Assembly: GCA_050331615.1 (NCBI GenBank)
Contig: JBHJGR010000187.1
Coordinates: 1,827-65,826 of the forward strand
Direction: 5' to 3'
Source of the DNA: Elainellaceae cyanobacterium
GTDB lineage: Bacteria; Cyanobacteriota; Cyanobacteriia; CAKZMO01
DNA length: 64,000 bases
A program made the translations under genes and the position numbers. Numbering within the stretch: the stretch's first letter is position 1; each line of letters opens with the position of its first letter. The notes under the pieces are model-generated. The model was not told the origin of the DNA. It made no database searches and saw only the letters and a list, made by a program, of their open reading frames with translations. Below, piece by piece: positions 28,194 through 39,530 of the stretch.

Positions 28194-29351
28194 TTAGGGA
28201 GCGGTAGACGGACGGGGAGCCGGATTGGGAAAGAGCGCTTGGAAGGCGGCGTCGCGATCGCCCAGCGACTCATAGAAAAAGAAAGAGACCCCAGCCAAAG
28301 CGCGATCGCGCACTGCCGCCACCTGATTGCGAATGAGCTGGGTAGGGACGGGCTGGTTCTTCAGGCCAGTGAGGATGCCGATCCCCATGGAAGAATCCCG
28401 AAAAGTAGCGAGTTCAGGATCCTCCAGGCCATTGACAAACGCTTCCATGCTGGAGCGGTACATCTGCACAATCAGCTCGTCGAGGAGTCCCTGCTGCTGC
28501 CAAGTGGCCCAGTCCTGCAAATACTGCTCATAAGCAAAGGCGGGCGGGTTGGGGGAGAGGGAGACGATGCAGTCGGGTTTGACCGCTTTGACCGCCTGGC
28601 GGATCTCAGTCATCAGGTGAGTCATCTGGTCGGCCCGCCAGCGCACCCACTCGGCGTCGTGGGGATCGGTGGGTGGATCTTGGCCGCTGTGGGTTTCTCG
28701 ATAGCGGGCGATCGCCGTGGGATCGTAGCCAAACTCCACGGGCATGCCGAAGTGATCGTCGAGCTGGATACCGTCTACGTCGTAGCGAGTGACCACCTCT
28801 CGAATCAAGTCCACCATGAACTGCTGGACTTCGGGGTGGGTGGGGCTGAGCCACACGCGCGGGTGCCGCCCCTGCATGAACACGCGGCTACCGTCTTGGC
28901 GGCTGGTGAGCCAGTCGGGATGCTGCCTGGCCAGTTCGGAATAGGACGGGGCCATCAGGCCAAACTCAAACCAGGGGATCACGGCCAACCCTTGGCGGTG
29001 GCCCTGTTCAACCAGCTCGGCCAGCGGGTCACGCCCCTGCAGGGCTGGATGGGGATCAAGGGACTCACCAATGGCCTGTTGGGCGATCGCACTGGGATAC
29101 AGGGGATACCCCCAATTCCATACCGTTGGGTAGAGGGTGTTGAAGTTAAGCTGGGCCAGCCGCTCCACCCCGGCCTCAATATCCTGCTGGGAAAAGAGCA
29201 CACCGCTGTCGATGTTGGTGAGCCAAACTCCCCGCAGCTCTTCCTGGCGCGGGGGGTGGGCGATGGAGGAAACCGAGGGTAGGTAGAGGGCGATCGCCAA
29301 CGTCACCCCAAATGTCAGCACCAGTTGCCAGACCCAAGGCAGGTTTCGCAT
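28194..29351 (-). CDS. Glycoside hydrolase-like GHL10 family (YddW-like) lipoprotein or secreted protein.
   Basis: Signal/TM N-terminus, then RGVWLTNIDS, NFNTLYPTVWNWGYPLYPS, VIPWFEFGLMAP, DGIQLDDHFGMP blocks typical of the GHL10/DUF4015 TIM-barrel family. Confidence 0.75.
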   Translation of the reverse strand: MRNLPWVWQLVLTFGVTLAIALYLPSVSSIAHPPRQEELRGVWLTNIDSGVLFSQQDIEAGVERLAQLNFNTLYPTVWNWGYPLYPSAIAQQAIGESLDPHPALQGRDPLAELVEQGHRQGLAVIPWFEFGLMAPSYSELARQHPDWLTSRQDGSRVFMQGRHPRVWLSPTHPEVQQFMVDLIREVVTRYDVDGIQLDDHFGMPVEFGYDPTAIARYRETHSGQDPPTDPHDAEWVRWRADQMTHLMTEIRQAVKAVKPDCIVSLSPNPPAFAYEQYLQDWATWQQQGLLDELIVQMYRSSMEAFVNGLEDPELATFRDSSMGIGILTGLKNQPVPTQLIRNQVAAVRDRALAGVSFFFYESLGDRDAAFQALFPNPAPRPSTAP

Positions 29352-29653
29352 CGTGTAGCCTCAGACAAAAACTGTTTTCTTAGGGTATATGCCCCCGACG
29401 GGGCGCACACCCCATCAGCTGTCATTAATTGTGCTCAAGCAGTTATTCGAGCAATTGTTCGAGCTATTGTATCGCGACGAGAGTCGATTAAGCGAGAGCA
29501 AAACGGTGCTAAAATTTAGCAGAATAGTACATAGGTACGTCAATATAGAGAAGCGACGCAGGCTAATCCCTGTCAGGAGGGCACGGCGTCAGGAGGGCGC
29601 GGCCCGCCAGCTAAAATTCACGGAAATTCATATAACGGTCCCTTATGTAAACC

Positions 29654-30052
29654 CTAGTCTTTGGGAAGGAGAGCAACAATTTGATCCACAAACTGCTGAT
29701 GATCGACAACGGGTTTAGAGATGTAAGCGTCGGCACCGCTCTGCTGCAGAAAGCTCTCGCGATCGCCCTGCATGGCGTGGGCCGTAACGAGGATAATCGG
29801 TAGGCTGGCCGTGTTGGGGTCGGCCTTTAGCATCTGGGTAATTTTGATGCCGTCTACGGGCTTGCCCTGGTAAACGCTGCGAGACAAAGACACATCCATC
29901 AAGATGATGTCGGCTCCGTGGGCCTGGGCAATCTTCAGCACCTCCTCGACATCCTCCGTGTGCTTGACGGACAATCCTCCCCGCTTAGTCAGAATTTTGG
30001 AGAACACCCGCGCGTTAATCAGGTCATCTTCCACAATTAAAACTGTTTTCAT
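29654..30052 (-). CDS. Single-domain CheY-like response regulator receiver.
   Basis: MKTVLIVEDD... with the acidic pocket (DD), phospho-acceptor Asp in IILMD, conserved T (LVTAHA) and K (YISKP). A start at 30052 with an upstream purine-rich tract is preferred over the track start at 30097. Confidence 0.85.
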   Translation of the reverse strand: MKTVLIVEDDLINARVFSKILTKRGGLSVKHTEDVEEVLKIAQAHGADIILMDVSLSRSVYQGKPVDGIKITQMLKADPNTASLPIILVTAHAMQGDRESFLQQSGADAYISKPVVDHQQFVDQIVALLPKD

Positions 30053-30457
30053 CGCGTTCCCCCTAATCTGGTTCCCAGACGACATCGGTCTGGGCATGGC
30101 TGCAGTATTTCAGTCATTGTGATTTGATACTACCCTGGGACACTCCGGTCAGGATTGTCACTTAAGGCGATCGCCTGGTTTATCCCCATTATTGACCAGA
30201 TTACGGATGACCTTGGTAATTTCTCTAGGCTGGTCCTCGGCTAGAGGGAAGATCTCAAGGTAAAATCAGTGGCCCAACTCAGGTGTTATCAGGGGGCGAT
30301 CGCCTACAGATACAGACATGACGTCCAACTCCCATCTACACTAGCAACCAGAGGTTGAGCAACCCTTGCCGCTGTTCTTCGCTCAATCTTTCAACGGTTA
30401 TTCCCATCTCACCCCTATCCGCCAAACTTCTTCCGAACTTTTTTAGGACTATCGCTC

Positions 30458-33016
30458 ATGGCCAGACAACTCAACATCGTTCCATCGGGGCACGTCATTT
30501 CCACCGCACTGCATTCTGAGGTGCAGCGCTCCTACTTGGAATATGCCATGAGCGTCATCGTCGGGCGGGCACTACCCGATGTGCGGGACGGACTAAAGCC
30601 TGTCCACCGCCGCATCCTCTACGCCATGCACGAGCTGGGGTTGACCCCCGATCGCCCCTACCGCAAATGCGCCCGCGTCGTCGGCGACGTGCTGGGGAAA
30701 TACCACCCCCACGGCGACCAGGCGGTGTACGATGCCCTGGTGCGCATGGTGCAGAGCTTCTCCAGCCGCTATCCCCTGCTGGCAGGGCACGGCAACTTTG
30801 GCTCAGTGGACAACGACCCCCCCGCCGCTATGCGGTATACCGAAACTCGCCTCGCCTCCATCAGCAACGAGGCGGCCCTAGAGGAAATTGGCGAAGCAAC
30901 GGTTGACTTTATTGACAACTTCGATAACTCCCAACAGGAGCCCCTTGTCCTGCCCGCCCAGCTTCCCTTCCTGCTGCTCAACGGCAGTTCAGGGATTGCC
31001 GTAGGCATGGCCACCAATATTCCGCCCCATAATTTAGGAGAAATCGTAGACGGGCTGATCGCGCTGATTGATCGGCCTAATCTGTCGGACGAAAAGCTGT
31101 TCGAGCTGATTCCCGGCCCCGACTTTCCCACGGGCGCAGAAATCATCAACACCAAGGGCATCCGGGAAGCCTACACCACTGGACGGGGCAGCATCCCCAT
31201 GCGAGCCGTGGCCCAGTTCGAGGACGTGCAAACGGGGCGGGGCCGCCACCGCCGCTCGGCCATTGTGATTACCGAACTGCCGTTTCAGGTGAACAAGGCG
31301 AGCTGCATCGAGAAGATTGCTGAGCTGGTGAACAATGGCCGCATTGAGGGCATTGCCGATATTCGGGATGAGAGCGATCGCGAGGGGATGCGCATCGTCA
31401 TTGAGCTGCGCCGGGACGAGCAGCCCGAGCAGATTCTCAACAAGCTATATCGTCTAACGCCCCTGCAGAGCAACTTTGGCGTAATTCTGCTGGCTTTAGA
31501 CAGCGGCCAACCCCGGCAGATGACCCTGCGGGAACTGCTGCAAGCCTTCCTTGACTTCCGGGAAATTACCCTCACTCGCCAGTATCGCCACGAGCTGGAG
31601 CAGACCCAAAATCGCATTCACCTGGTAGAGGGTTTGCTGTCTGCCCTGGAAAATCTAGACGAGGTTATTGATATTCTGCGCAACTCCCCTGACGGTAGTG
31701 CAGCCAAAGTGGAGCTACAGGAGGCGTTTGACCTGAGCGATCGCCAAGCTGACGCCATCCTATCGATGCCCCTGCGCCGGTTGACGGGGCTAGAGCGGCA
31801 AAAGCTGCAAACCGAGTTTAACGAACTCACCGAGCGGGTGCGGGTGCTGGAGCAGCTGCTGAGCGATCGCCGCGAGTTCCTCAAAGTTCTCAAGAAAGAC
31901 CTGCGGGCGCTCAAGCGTAAGTTCGGCGACGAGCGGCGCACCCGCATCCTCAGCGAAGAAGAGCGGGAACAGGAGCAGGAGCGGCTGGAGGAGATCGCCG
32001 CTGCTGAAGCGGCGATGGAAGAAGACACGGTGCTGGAGTTTACCCAGCAGGGCTACGTGCGGCGCAGCTCGCCCAAAGCCTTCCAGCGACGCCAGGCCCG
32101 CCAGGGCGAACCCGAAACCCACGGCCTGGAACCCCTTGAAGAAGATGTGGTTCTACAAACCGAGAAAACCACCACCGGGCGCGAGCTGCTGATCTTCACC
32201 CGCAGCGGCAAAGCCTTTAGCATCACCGCTGAAGAAATTCCCCAGACCCCCCGCAATTCCAAGGGAACTCCCCTGATTACCCTCCTGCCAGCATCAGCGC
32301 AGACGGGAGCCAATCCGGAGGCGATCGCCACCCAGTTCATTCGCCCAGTGGACACCGACCCCTATGACCTAATTGTGGTAACCCGCCAGGGACGCACTAA
32401 ACGCATGCCCCTCTCTGAGTTTACGAACCTCACGGGCCGGGGGCTAACGGTGCTCAAACTGAAGGAAGACGATGAGCTGCTGACGGTGATGCTGGCGAAA
32501 CCTGACGATCAGCTGGTGCTGACATCTTCGGGGGGGCGAATGCTACGCGTCAGGGTTGACGACCAGCAGCTGCCGCAGATGACCCGCACCGCCCAGGGCA
32601 ACATGGCCATGCGGCTGAGTAAACGGGAGCATCTGGCGGGATGTGTGGTGGTGGATGGCGACGACAGCGAAGTACTGCTGGTAACGGTGCAGGGCTACGC
32701 CAAGCGGATGCAGGCCCAGGAGATCCGATTGGGAAATCGGGGGGATTTGGGGGTCCAGTCTATGCGCTTTGCGAACAAAACCGATCGATTGGCAGGCATG
32801 GTCGCGGCTGACTCTGGCACCATTGTGACCATCTTCACCAGTGCGGATCAGTTTGCCCAGATTCCTGTTGAGCTGGCATCGATGGGCGATCGCGACAGTT
32901 CCGGTAGCCGTTTGCTGAAGCTGCCGAAGAAAGAGGCGGTCACTTCACTGGCGATCGTGCGGCCACCGGATGACGGAAATGGCGATCGCGACAGCGGCAC
33001 CGACGATGAGGATTAG
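30458..33016 (+). CDS. gyrA: DNA gyrase subunit A.
   Basis: [29 protein letters not shown], the active-site Tyr region (AAMRYTE), the QRDR-like segment, C-terminal beta-pinwheel repeats and an acidic tail. Confidence 0.95.
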   Translation: MARQLNIVPSGHVISTALHSEVQRSYLEYAMSVIVGRALPDVRDGLKPVHRRILYAMHELGLTPDRPYRKCARVVGDVLGKYHPHGDQAVYDALVRMVQSFSSRYPLLAGHGNFGSVDNDPPAAMRYTETRLASISNEAALEEIGEATVDFIDNFDNSQQEPLVLPAQLPFLLLNGSSGIAVGMATNIPPHNLGEIVDGLIALIDRPNLSDEKLFELIPGPDFPTGAEIINTKGIREAYTTGRGSIPMRAVAQFEDVQTGRGRHRRSAIVITELPFQVNKASCIEKIAELVNNGRIEGIADIRDESDREGMRIVIELRRDEQPEQILNKLYRLTPLQSNFGVILLALDSGQPRQMTLRELLQAFLDFREITLTRQYRHELEQTQNRIHLVEGLLSALENLDEVIDILRNSPDGSAAKVELQEAFDLSDRQADAILSMPLRRLTGLERQKLQTEFNELTERVRVLEQLLSDRREFLKVLKKDLRALKRKFGDERRTRILSEEEREQEQERLEEIAAAEAAMEEDTVLEFTQQGYVRRSSPKAFQRRQARQGEPETHGLEPLEEDVVLQTEKTTTGRELLIFTRSGKAFSITAEEIPQTPRNSKGTPLITLLPASAQTGANPEAIATQFIRPVDTDPYDLIVVTRQGRTKRMPLSEFTNLTGRGLTVLKLKEDDELLTVMLAKPDDQLVLTSSGGRMLRVRVDDQQLPQMTRTAQGNMAMRLSKREHLAGCVVVDGDDSEVLLVTVQGYAKRMQAQEIRLGNRGDLGVQSMRFANKTDRLAGMVAADSGTIVTIFTSADQFAQIPVELASMGDRDSSGSRLLKLPKKEAVTSLAIVRPPDDGNGDRDSGTDDED

Positions 33017-33107
33017 AACAGAACGGTCGGTGGGGGCAAAGCATTTTGTCGTAACTCTTGAATCCCTCTCAGAGATGTTGCCGAAATGCTCTGCCCCCGC
33101 GGGAAGT

Positions 33108-33653
33108 TTATTTTTTGGGCGATAGCATCATCATCATGTTGCGCCCTTCCCGTTTGGGGGTCTGCTGCACCTCGGCCAAATCCTTCAGGTCGGTGGCGAG
33201 CTGCTTCAGCAGCACTTCAGCTAAGTCGGTGTGCTGGATCTCGCGGCCACGGAACATCACCGTTGCCTTTACCTTGTCACCCGACTTGAGGAACCGCTCG
33301 GCCTGCTTGAGCCGTACCTGGTAGTCGTGCTCCTCAATCTTGTAGCGCATCTTTACTTCTTTCACATCAGACGTGTGCTGCTTCTTGCGAGCCTCACGCG
33401 CCTTCTTTTCTTGCTCAAACTTAAATTTCCCGTAGTCCATGATGCGACAGACGGGCGGGTCTGCCTTATCGCTCACCAGGACTAAATCCAACTCTTTCTC
33501 TTCAGCAATACGACGGGCCTCAATGGGTTTCATGATGCCGAGCTGAGCACCGTCGGTGTCGATTACCCTAATTTCTGGAAAGCGGATGCGCTCGTTAATC
33601 GTGGGCAGGTCTCGTTGCTTGCGATTCTGCTGTCGGGTCAAAGCCATGGGCAA
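33108..33653 (-). CDS. infC: Translation initiation factor IF-3.
   Basis: [51 protein letters not shown] blocks. Confidence 0.93.
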   Translation of the reverse strand: MPMALTRQQNRKQRDLPTINERIRFPEIRVIDTDGAQLGIMKPIEARRIAEEKELDLVLVSDKADPPVCRIMDYGKFKFEQEKKAREARKKQHTSDVKEVKMRYKIEEHDYQVRLKQAERFLKSGDKVKATVMFRGREIQHTDLAEVLLKQLATDLKDLAEVQQTPKREGRNMMMMLSPKK

Positions 33654-34004
33654 ATTTGATGTTGTCTAGCGGATGGGCGAATTGTGAATAACGACGGATA
33701 GTGACAAATTGTGTGCCATTGATATGCCATGGAACTGATGCAGCCATTGGGGAAAGTGGAGGCCAGACCTGCCGCTTTGTCGAACAGCTTTTCCACATTA
33801 CTCAAATATGCAGTGGCGAAAGCGATCGCCCCAGCTGGACGCAATCAATATCCAATATATTAATCGATGCATCGGACTTAGACGATAGTCGTGATCAAAT
33901 CGTTACCTGTCTAAGCTATCAGCGTTGCCTATCTCTGGGAGGACGGCGATCGCTGACCAATGCGCTAAGTTAAGAAATGGCGAATTTTAGATTAAGATAA
34001 GTTT

Positions 34005-34988
34005 ATGTCCTACCGATTGTCGGCTCAGGAGTCGCTTCCCCAGGGAGTCCGGCGGATTGCCTACGAACAGATTGACGCAGCCATTCATCAGCTCACGGTG
34101 AGCATCAAGGGGAATCGTGGCAAAGCCATCCATCAGGCCCGCAAGCATTTCAAGAAACTGCGGGCGCTGGTGCGGCTGGTGCGAGACGATTTGGGCAAGG
34201 ACGTTTACAAGCGAGAGAATAGCTGCTTTCGCGATGCGGGGCGGGAACTGGCGGCAGTACGGGATGCTCAGGTGCGGCTAGAAACGCTGGATGCCCTTCA
34301 GGAACGCTATCAGGACTCTCTGGAGGAGGGTGCATTTCAGGGGCTACGCCAGATCCTCTCTGAGGATTACGCTGCCGTCCGGCAGGCCGTTTTTAGTGAC
34401 GATGAAGCGATCGCCTCAGTGCTTGCTGCTCTCTATGGCGCTCGCGATCGCGTCGAGCACTGGCCCATGCGCGATGAATGGGCCGCCCTAGCGGGGGGAC
34501 TGCATCGGGTATATCAGCGGGGCTATGAGGATTTCCGGGAAGCCTGCGACTGCCCCACCCCCGAGCGTCTGCACGAGTGGCGCAAGCGGGTGAAGTATCT
34601 TTGGTATCACTACCGCCTACTTGCCTGTCTGTGGCCCAGCCTGCTCAAAACTTTAAAGAAACAAACGAAGCAGCTGGCGGATTATTTGGGGGATGACCAC
34701 GATCTGGCGGTACTGATGGCTTTTCTACAGGAGCAGCCAGAGCAGTTTGCGACCGTCGAGCATGTGGGCATGGCCATTGCTTTGATTCAGCATCGACAGC
34801 TCGAGCTGCAAAATCAGGCCACGTTTCTGGGATCTCGCCTCTACGCCGAGACGCCCAAGTCTTTTATGAAACGGATGGAAGGCTACTGGCAAACGTGGCA
34901 GCAAGAAACGGCTCAGCCCGCCATTCCTTTGCCCCAGCCAACTGAATTGATCCACGACCTCCCCGCTGTTCTTTCATTTGATAGATGA
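34005..34988 (+). CDS. CHAD domain protein.
   Basis: Conserved histidine alpha-helical domain pattern (IHQARKHFKKLRALVRL..., HEWRKRVKYLWYHYRLL) across an all-helical 327-aa protein. Confidence 0.75.
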   Translation: MSYRLSAQESLPQGVRRIAYEQIDAAIHQLTVSIKGNRGKAIHQARKHFKKLRALVRLVRDDLGKDVYKRENSCFRDAGRELAAVRDAQVRLETLDALQERYQDSLEEGAFQGLRQILSEDYAAVRQAVFSDDEAIASVLAALYGARDRVEHWPMRDEWAALAGGLHRVYQRGYEDFREACDCPTPERLHEWRKRVKYLWYHYRLLACLWPSLLKTLKKQTKQLADYLGDDHDLAVLMAFLQEQPEQFATVEHVGMAIALIQHRQLELQNQATFLGSRLYAETPKSFMKRMEGYWQTWQQETAQPAIPLPQPTELIHDLPAVLSFDR

Positions 34989-35088
34989 ATTCGGTGGTCA
35001 AAGTTTGCTTGATTATAGGGTAGAGCCGTTAAACAATTAAGTCAGTCACGAGCATTCTGAAGGCGTCGAGTTCGCCATTCCGGGTGTT

Positions 35089-35625
35089 GTGACGCAAAGG
35101 ATGCTTATGACAGACGCAGCACCTGATACCCAGTCGCGATCGCTTGGAATATTTGCCAATCGAGACGCTGCCGAGACTGCCAGATCGCGACTAATGAAGG
35201 AAGGATTCACCCCGGCAGCCGTTCAAATCGTGCAGCAGGGCCAGGAGGCGTCTTTGCCCGCTAAGAGAACTAAGGCAGCAAAAAGCGCGCGAGGTGCGGC
35301 GATCGCCTTCGGTCTATTGGGCGGCACCATTGGCTTGTTGCTGAGTTTGGGGGCTCGCGAGCTATTTACTATCCCCGTTTCAATGCCTCCTTTTCCCCTG
35401 CCGCCAATTCTGGCGATCGCTGCAGGTGCCTTCATTGGCACTTTGGCTGGCGGGCTGATTGGAGCCTCAACCGGGCTCAATATTCCTCAGACGGATGCGA
35501 TTGATCGGCGCGACTATGTCACTGGTGAATATCGGCTTGACCTGCACGATAGCTCCGAAGAGGAGGTGCGCCATGCCCGACTCATTCTCCAGCGGATGGA
35601 TCAAGCCAACCCACAGCAAACCTAA
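35089..35625 (+). CDS. Glycine-zipper membrane stress protein.
   Basis: Central TM segments with GxxxG-type zippers (GAAIAFGLLGGTIGLLLSLG; AIAAGAFIGTLAGGLIGASTG) flanked by soluble regions. Confidence 0.5.
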   Translation: MTQRMLMTDAAPDTQSRSLGIFANRDAAETARSRLMKEGFTPAAVQIVQQGQEASLPAKRTKAAKSARGAAIAFGLLGGTIGLLLSLGARELFTIPVSMPPFPLPPILAIAAGAFIGTLAGGLIGASTGLNIPQTDAIDRRDYVTGEYRLDLHDSSEEEVRHARLILQRMDQANPQQT

Positions 35626-35653
35626 TTTTTATAGAGATACTACTTAAACCATT

Positions 35654-36052
35654 ATGAGCTGGTTAGAAAGAATTTCAGTACAGGAAGTTTCTCAGGAGTC
35701 GGACAATCGCAGCAGCGAGGCGAAAATGAGCCCCGGCCTGACGGGGCAGTTTGACCGTGATCTGCGGGAGAAGGCAAGCTTTCACAAGCCTCCCATTCCT
35801 CCAGAAAAGATGGGAGTAGAAGGGGAGTTTGATCCGGCAGGGTTGGCCAAGCGAGTGGCGATCGCCTTCGACAACGACCCCATCATTAGGGATGTGCAAA
35901 ACATGAATGTCGTGCAAATTGGTCGGGCGATCGTTCTACAGGGCCAAGCTCCGGATGACCTTATGCTTCATCGTATGGTAGAAACCGCCAGCCAAGTGGA
36001 TGGTACTGACGTGGTGGATACCAGCCAAGTCACGATTGCAGCAAAGCGCTGA
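35654..36052 (+). CDS. BON-domain protein.
   Basis: The C-terminal ~65 aa (VAIAFDNDPIIRDVQNMNVVQIGRAIVLQGQAPDDLMLHRMVETASQVDGTDVVDTSQV) follow the OsmY/BON pattern. Confidence 0.5.
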   Translation: MSWLERISVQEVSQESDNRSSEAKMSPGLTGQFDRDLREKASFHKPPIPPEKMGVEGEFDPAGLAKRVAIAFDNDPIIRDVQNMNVVQIGRAIVLQGQAPDDLMLHRMVETASQVDGTDVVDTSQVTIAAKR

Positions 36053-36080
36053 GACAAACGCAAACTACCGGAGAACTACC

Positions 36081-37091
36081 ATGAAGATTGCTGTCTTTGA
36101 AATCGAGAACTGGGAGCGGGAAGCGTTCGATGCGCTCAACGCTGAGCACGACATCGAGTTTACGCGAGATGCCCTGACTGCTGAGACTGTGCAGCAGTAT
36201 GCCGATGCTGACATTATCTCAACCTTTATTTACTCCAAGCTGGATCGCAATATTCTAGAGAAATTTCAGAATCTATCTTTGATTGCGACGCGCTCAACCG
36301 GAACGGACCACATCGATACTGACTACTGCGACGAGAACGAGATCAAGGTCTGTAACGTGCCCAACTACGGCGAAAATACTGTCGCCGAGCACGTCTTTGG
36401 GCTTCTTCTCAACATTAGCCATAACCTCACAGAGGCTATCGATCGCACCCGTCGAGGCGACTTTTCTCTTCAAGGGCTGCAAGGCTTTGATCTGCGCGGT
36501 AAAACTATGGGAGTGATTGGTACTGGCAGCATTGGTGAATGTGTCATCGGCATCGCTAGGGGCTTTGGGATGAATGTCCTGGCTTTTGACGTAAAGCCGA
36601 GAGAAGAGCTTGCAAATCGCCTGGGCTTTCGCTACGCCGAGATGCCCGAGCTGTTGTCCCAGTCGGACGTGGTGACGCTACACGTGCCCGCCATTCCCCA
36701 AACCAAAAATATGATTGCTGCTGAGCAGTTTCAGCAGATGAAGCGGGGCATGATTCTAATCAACACCGCCCGAGGCAGTCTGATTGACACCCAAGCCTTA
36801 CTGCAGGCTTTATCAGACGGTACCGTTGCTGCCGCGGGGCTGGACGTACTGCCCGAAGAGCCAACCATGCGGGAAGAAGCGGAACTCCTGCGCTCGGTAT
36901 ACCGGGAGCGCCACGACATGGAAACGTTGCTAGCAGATCACATCCTCCTGCGGCTACGCAACGTTATCATTACGCCCCACAGTGCCTTCAATACCCGAGA
37001 GGCGGTGCAGCGGATTTTGGACATCACGGCTGACAATATCCAATCTTATCTATCAAAGCAGCCCCAGGGAGCGATCGCCGCTTCTAGCTAA
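36081..37091 (+). CDS. D-isomer-specific 2-hydroxyacid dehydrogenase.
   Basis: NAD-binding GxGxxG (GVIGTGSIGE), the catalytic-domain signature ILINTARGSLID, and a conserved catalytic His near ITPHSAF. A start at 36081 (GGAGAA RBS 6-12 nt upstream) is preferred over the overlapping track start at 36000. Confidence 0.88.
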   Translation: MKIAVFEIENWEREAFDALNAEHDIEFTRDALTAETVQQYADADIISTFIYSKLDRNILEKFQNLSLIATRSTGTDHIDTDYCDENEIKVCNVPNYGENTVAEHVFGLLLNISHNLTEAIDRTRRGDFSLQGLQGFDLRGKTMGVIGTGSIGECVIGIARGFGMNVLAFDVKPREELANRLGFRYAEMPELLSQSDVVTLHVPAIPQTKNMIAAEQFQQMKRGMILINTARGSLIDTQALLQALSDGTVAAAGLDVLPEEPTMREEAELLRSVYRERHDMETLLADHILLRLRNVIITPHSAFNTREAVQRILDITADNIQSYLSKQPQGAIAASS

Positions 37092-37237
37092 ACATAAACC
37101 CCTTAAAGCAAACCCATAAACCGCAAGCAGCACTATTAAGTGCTAAAGCGTGAATTGTGGGGATGTGCACCCCCGCTGGCGGTGCACACCCCTAAGAAAA
37201 TAATCTTGTTTAACTACTTATCAGCAAGGAGAAGCCC

Positions 37238-38248
37238 ATGAAGGTTGGTATCAACGGACTCGGTCGGATTGGCCGCGCAGCATTTAAGATTGCGCTGGAT
37301 ATGCCAGATGTGGAAGTCGTAGCCATCAATGATCTCATTCCAGTGGATAATCTCGCTTATTTGCTGAAGTACGACACGGTGTATGGTCGCTTTCCTAAAG
37401 AGATCAGCTATGAAGACCAGGCTTTGATTGTTGACGGCAAGAAGTATCCGGTTTCCAGCGAGAAAGATCCCGCTCAGATTGGCTGGGGCGATCGCGGCGC
37501 AGACATCGTGCTTGAATGTACGGGCGTTTTTCGCAAGAAGCCGGACTTGGAAAAGCACCTGCAGGCTGGTGCCAAGCGGGTCATTCTCTCCGCACCCGCC
37601 AAAAGTGAAGGCATTGAAACCATTGTCCACGGCGTTAACCAGCCTTCTGACCAGAACGGTCACGTCATCTCCTGCGCTAGCTGCACCACCAACTGCATCA
37701 CCCCTGTGGTAGAAGTGATGGGACGGCGCGTGGGCGTCAAGAAAGCCATGATGACCACGGTGCACGCCTACACGTCCAGCCAGGAATTGGTAGACGGGCC
37801 GAGCAGCAAGTTTCGCCGGGGCCGGGCCGCCGCTGAGAACTTTGTGCCCACAACGACGGGAGCAGCGATCGCCACTACCAAGGTTCTCCCCCAGTACGAA
37901 AACAAGTTTGACGGCGTGGCCATCCGGGGTCCGGTGCCCGTTGGTTCCCTTACGGATATCACCTTGGTAACGGAGCGGTCCACTTCGGTAGACGAAATTA
38001 ATTCAATCTTCCAAGAGGAAGCCAGCGGCGATCAGTACCAGGGCATCCTGCGGGCTTCTACCGATCCCATCGTGTCAGCGGATATTGTTCAAGACCCCCA
38101 CGCCTCCATCGTTGACCTCACGATGACTCAGGTAGTGGACGGTGACCTAGTGAAGATTATGAGCTGGTACGACAACGAGTGGGGCTACGCCGCCCAAATG
38201 GTGAAGGAAGCCGTCAACATGCACGAGCGTATGGCAGTCCCAGCGTAA
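37238..38248 (+). CDS. gap: Glyceraldehyde-3-phosphate dehydrogenase (type I).
   Basis: VGINGLGRIGR NAD fold, the active-site ASCTTNC motif, and the WYDNEWGY C-terminal signature. Confidence 0.95.
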   Translation: MKVGINGLGRIGRAAFKIALDMPDVEVVAINDLIPVDNLAYLLKYDTVYGRFPKEISYEDQALIVDGKKYPVSSEKDPAQIGWGDRGADIVLECTGVFRKKPDLEKHLQAGAKRVILSAPAKSEGIETIVHGVNQPSDQNGHVISCASCTTNCITPVVEVMGRRVGVKKAMMTTVHAYTSSQELVDGPSSKFRRGRAAAENFVPTTTGAAIATTKVLPQYENKFDGVAIRGPVPVGSLTDITLVTERSTSVDEINSIFQEEASGDQYQGILRASTDPIVSADIVQDPHASIVDLTMTQVVDGDLVKIMSWYDNEWGYAAQMVKEAVNMHERMAVPA

Positions 38249-38319
38249 GGTAAGCGCAGATTACGTAAGCCGTTATCCTCTTGGCATCTGTACGGGGAAA
38301 GACGGCACTGAATATAAAT

Positions 38320-38358
38320 AATCCCCCCCGGATTCCAGATGAAGCCGGGGGGGAATTA
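38320..38358. terminator. Strong GC hairpin between convergent gap and PEP-CTERM genes, likely a bidirectional intrinsic terminator.
   Basis: AATCCCCCCCGG-ATTCCAGATGAAG-CCGGGGGGGAATT; a 10-bp G/C stem is visible directly. Confidence 0.6.
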
Positions 38359-38382
38359 AGCTATGACCTTGCTAAGAAGCTT

Positions 38383-39090
38383 TTATCCTTGCTTACGGCG
38401 CAGCAGAGCACCAACGCCAACAACTCCAAGGGCTACTACCATACCAGGCTCGGGAACATCAGCGCTCTCGTCTTTGGAAACTGACGAAAGCGCGGCTACC
38501 GCGTCGATATCTGCACCTGACTTACTTCCACCATATGTATTCGTGCCATTGTCAGTGAGACGAACAAAGGAGAACAAGGAATTGCTGTTTAGCTCAGCAT
38601 AATTGCCCAGCAGAGAGTCAACATCGATGCCAATACCGGTGTCAAGAGCGTAGTCCTGCTTGTCAGCCAGCCCCACATCGTACCAAGTATTACCATCGGT
38701 GCTGATCTCGACAAAAACGTCCTCTGGTGCTTTACCGATTTCAAAAATCCACAGGTCAGCAGCCGAATCGCCACTAAAGGTCAAGTAGTTATCGGTAAAC
38801 CCTAAGGTTAGCGATCCTCTGTTGCCTAAAGAAACTCCAATATCTTCTTTCCACGCCCCTAACGTGCCTCCACCAACCATTTCTGAAGTCCAGTTTGCTT
38901 CACCAAGGGCCGTTTCTGGATCAATGAAGGAAGAGTTTTCTAAGCCTTCACCCTTTTCGTAGGAGATGACTGTGTCAGCATAGCTCTCTGCACTTAGGGA
39001 AACAGCAACAGCCGCCGACGGGCTGAATGCAAAGGTACCAACTGTAACACCCACTGCACTCAGTAGAACTAAAGATAGACGATTAAGCAT
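38383..39090 (-). CDS. PEP-CTERM sorting-domain secreted protein.
   Basis: N-terminal signal peptide and a C-terminal VPEPGMVVALGVVGVGALLRRKQG (PEP motif + TM helix + basic tail), the exosortase recognition tag. Confidence 0.85.
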   Translation of the reverse strand: MLNRLSLVLLSAVGVTVGTFAFSPSAAVAVSLSAESYADTVISYEKGEGLENSSFIDPETALGEANWTSEMVGGGTLGAWKEDIGVSLGNRGSLTLGFTDNYLTFSGDSAADLWIFEIGKAPEDVFVEISTDGNTWYDVGLADKQDYALDTGIGIDVDSLLGNYAELNSNSLFSFVRLTDNGTNTYGGSKSGADIDAVAALSSVSKDESADVPEPGMVVALGVVGVGALLRRKQG

Positions 39091-39530
39091 GAGGATTGAA
39101 CTCCTTTAAGTGTTAGCGATACATGCTGGACTAACCAGCTCAGCTAAAGTGAATTAATCTGTAGAGCCGATACATTTGAAGTATAAATATTGACCAGAGT
39201 CAAGAAATCAGTGGAATCATGGCGTTGCCTATGATGTTTTGCTCAAGTTGCGCGGGTCCTGTGTGAAGCGATCGCCCCTGCTCAGCCACAAAGTAGTCTG
39301 CAATGCAGGCAAGGTGCTTGCTTGACTGTGATAGGGTTGGTGATAGGGTTGAATGAGGCAAGCATTGAGGTTGGCTATGGCGATCGTCAATCGCAAACCA
39401 AAGGTAAAGCAGAACGACCCGCCGCGATCGCCCATCTTCAGCCGACGATGCTTTTGGGAAAGAGCGTTAGGATACCAGGATAAGGAAGCGCAAAAATGCG
39501 ATCGCCCCATGTGCATGACCCGACTATTCG

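Noticed and set aside
28239-29282. 347-aa plus-strand ORF opposite the GHL10 gene
   Set aside because: The minus-strand frame contains the recognisable GHL10 blocks; the plus frame has no motifs.
33058-33324. Plus-strand small ORFs overlapping the 3' end of infC
   Set aside because: They are antisense to a clear IF-3 coding frame.
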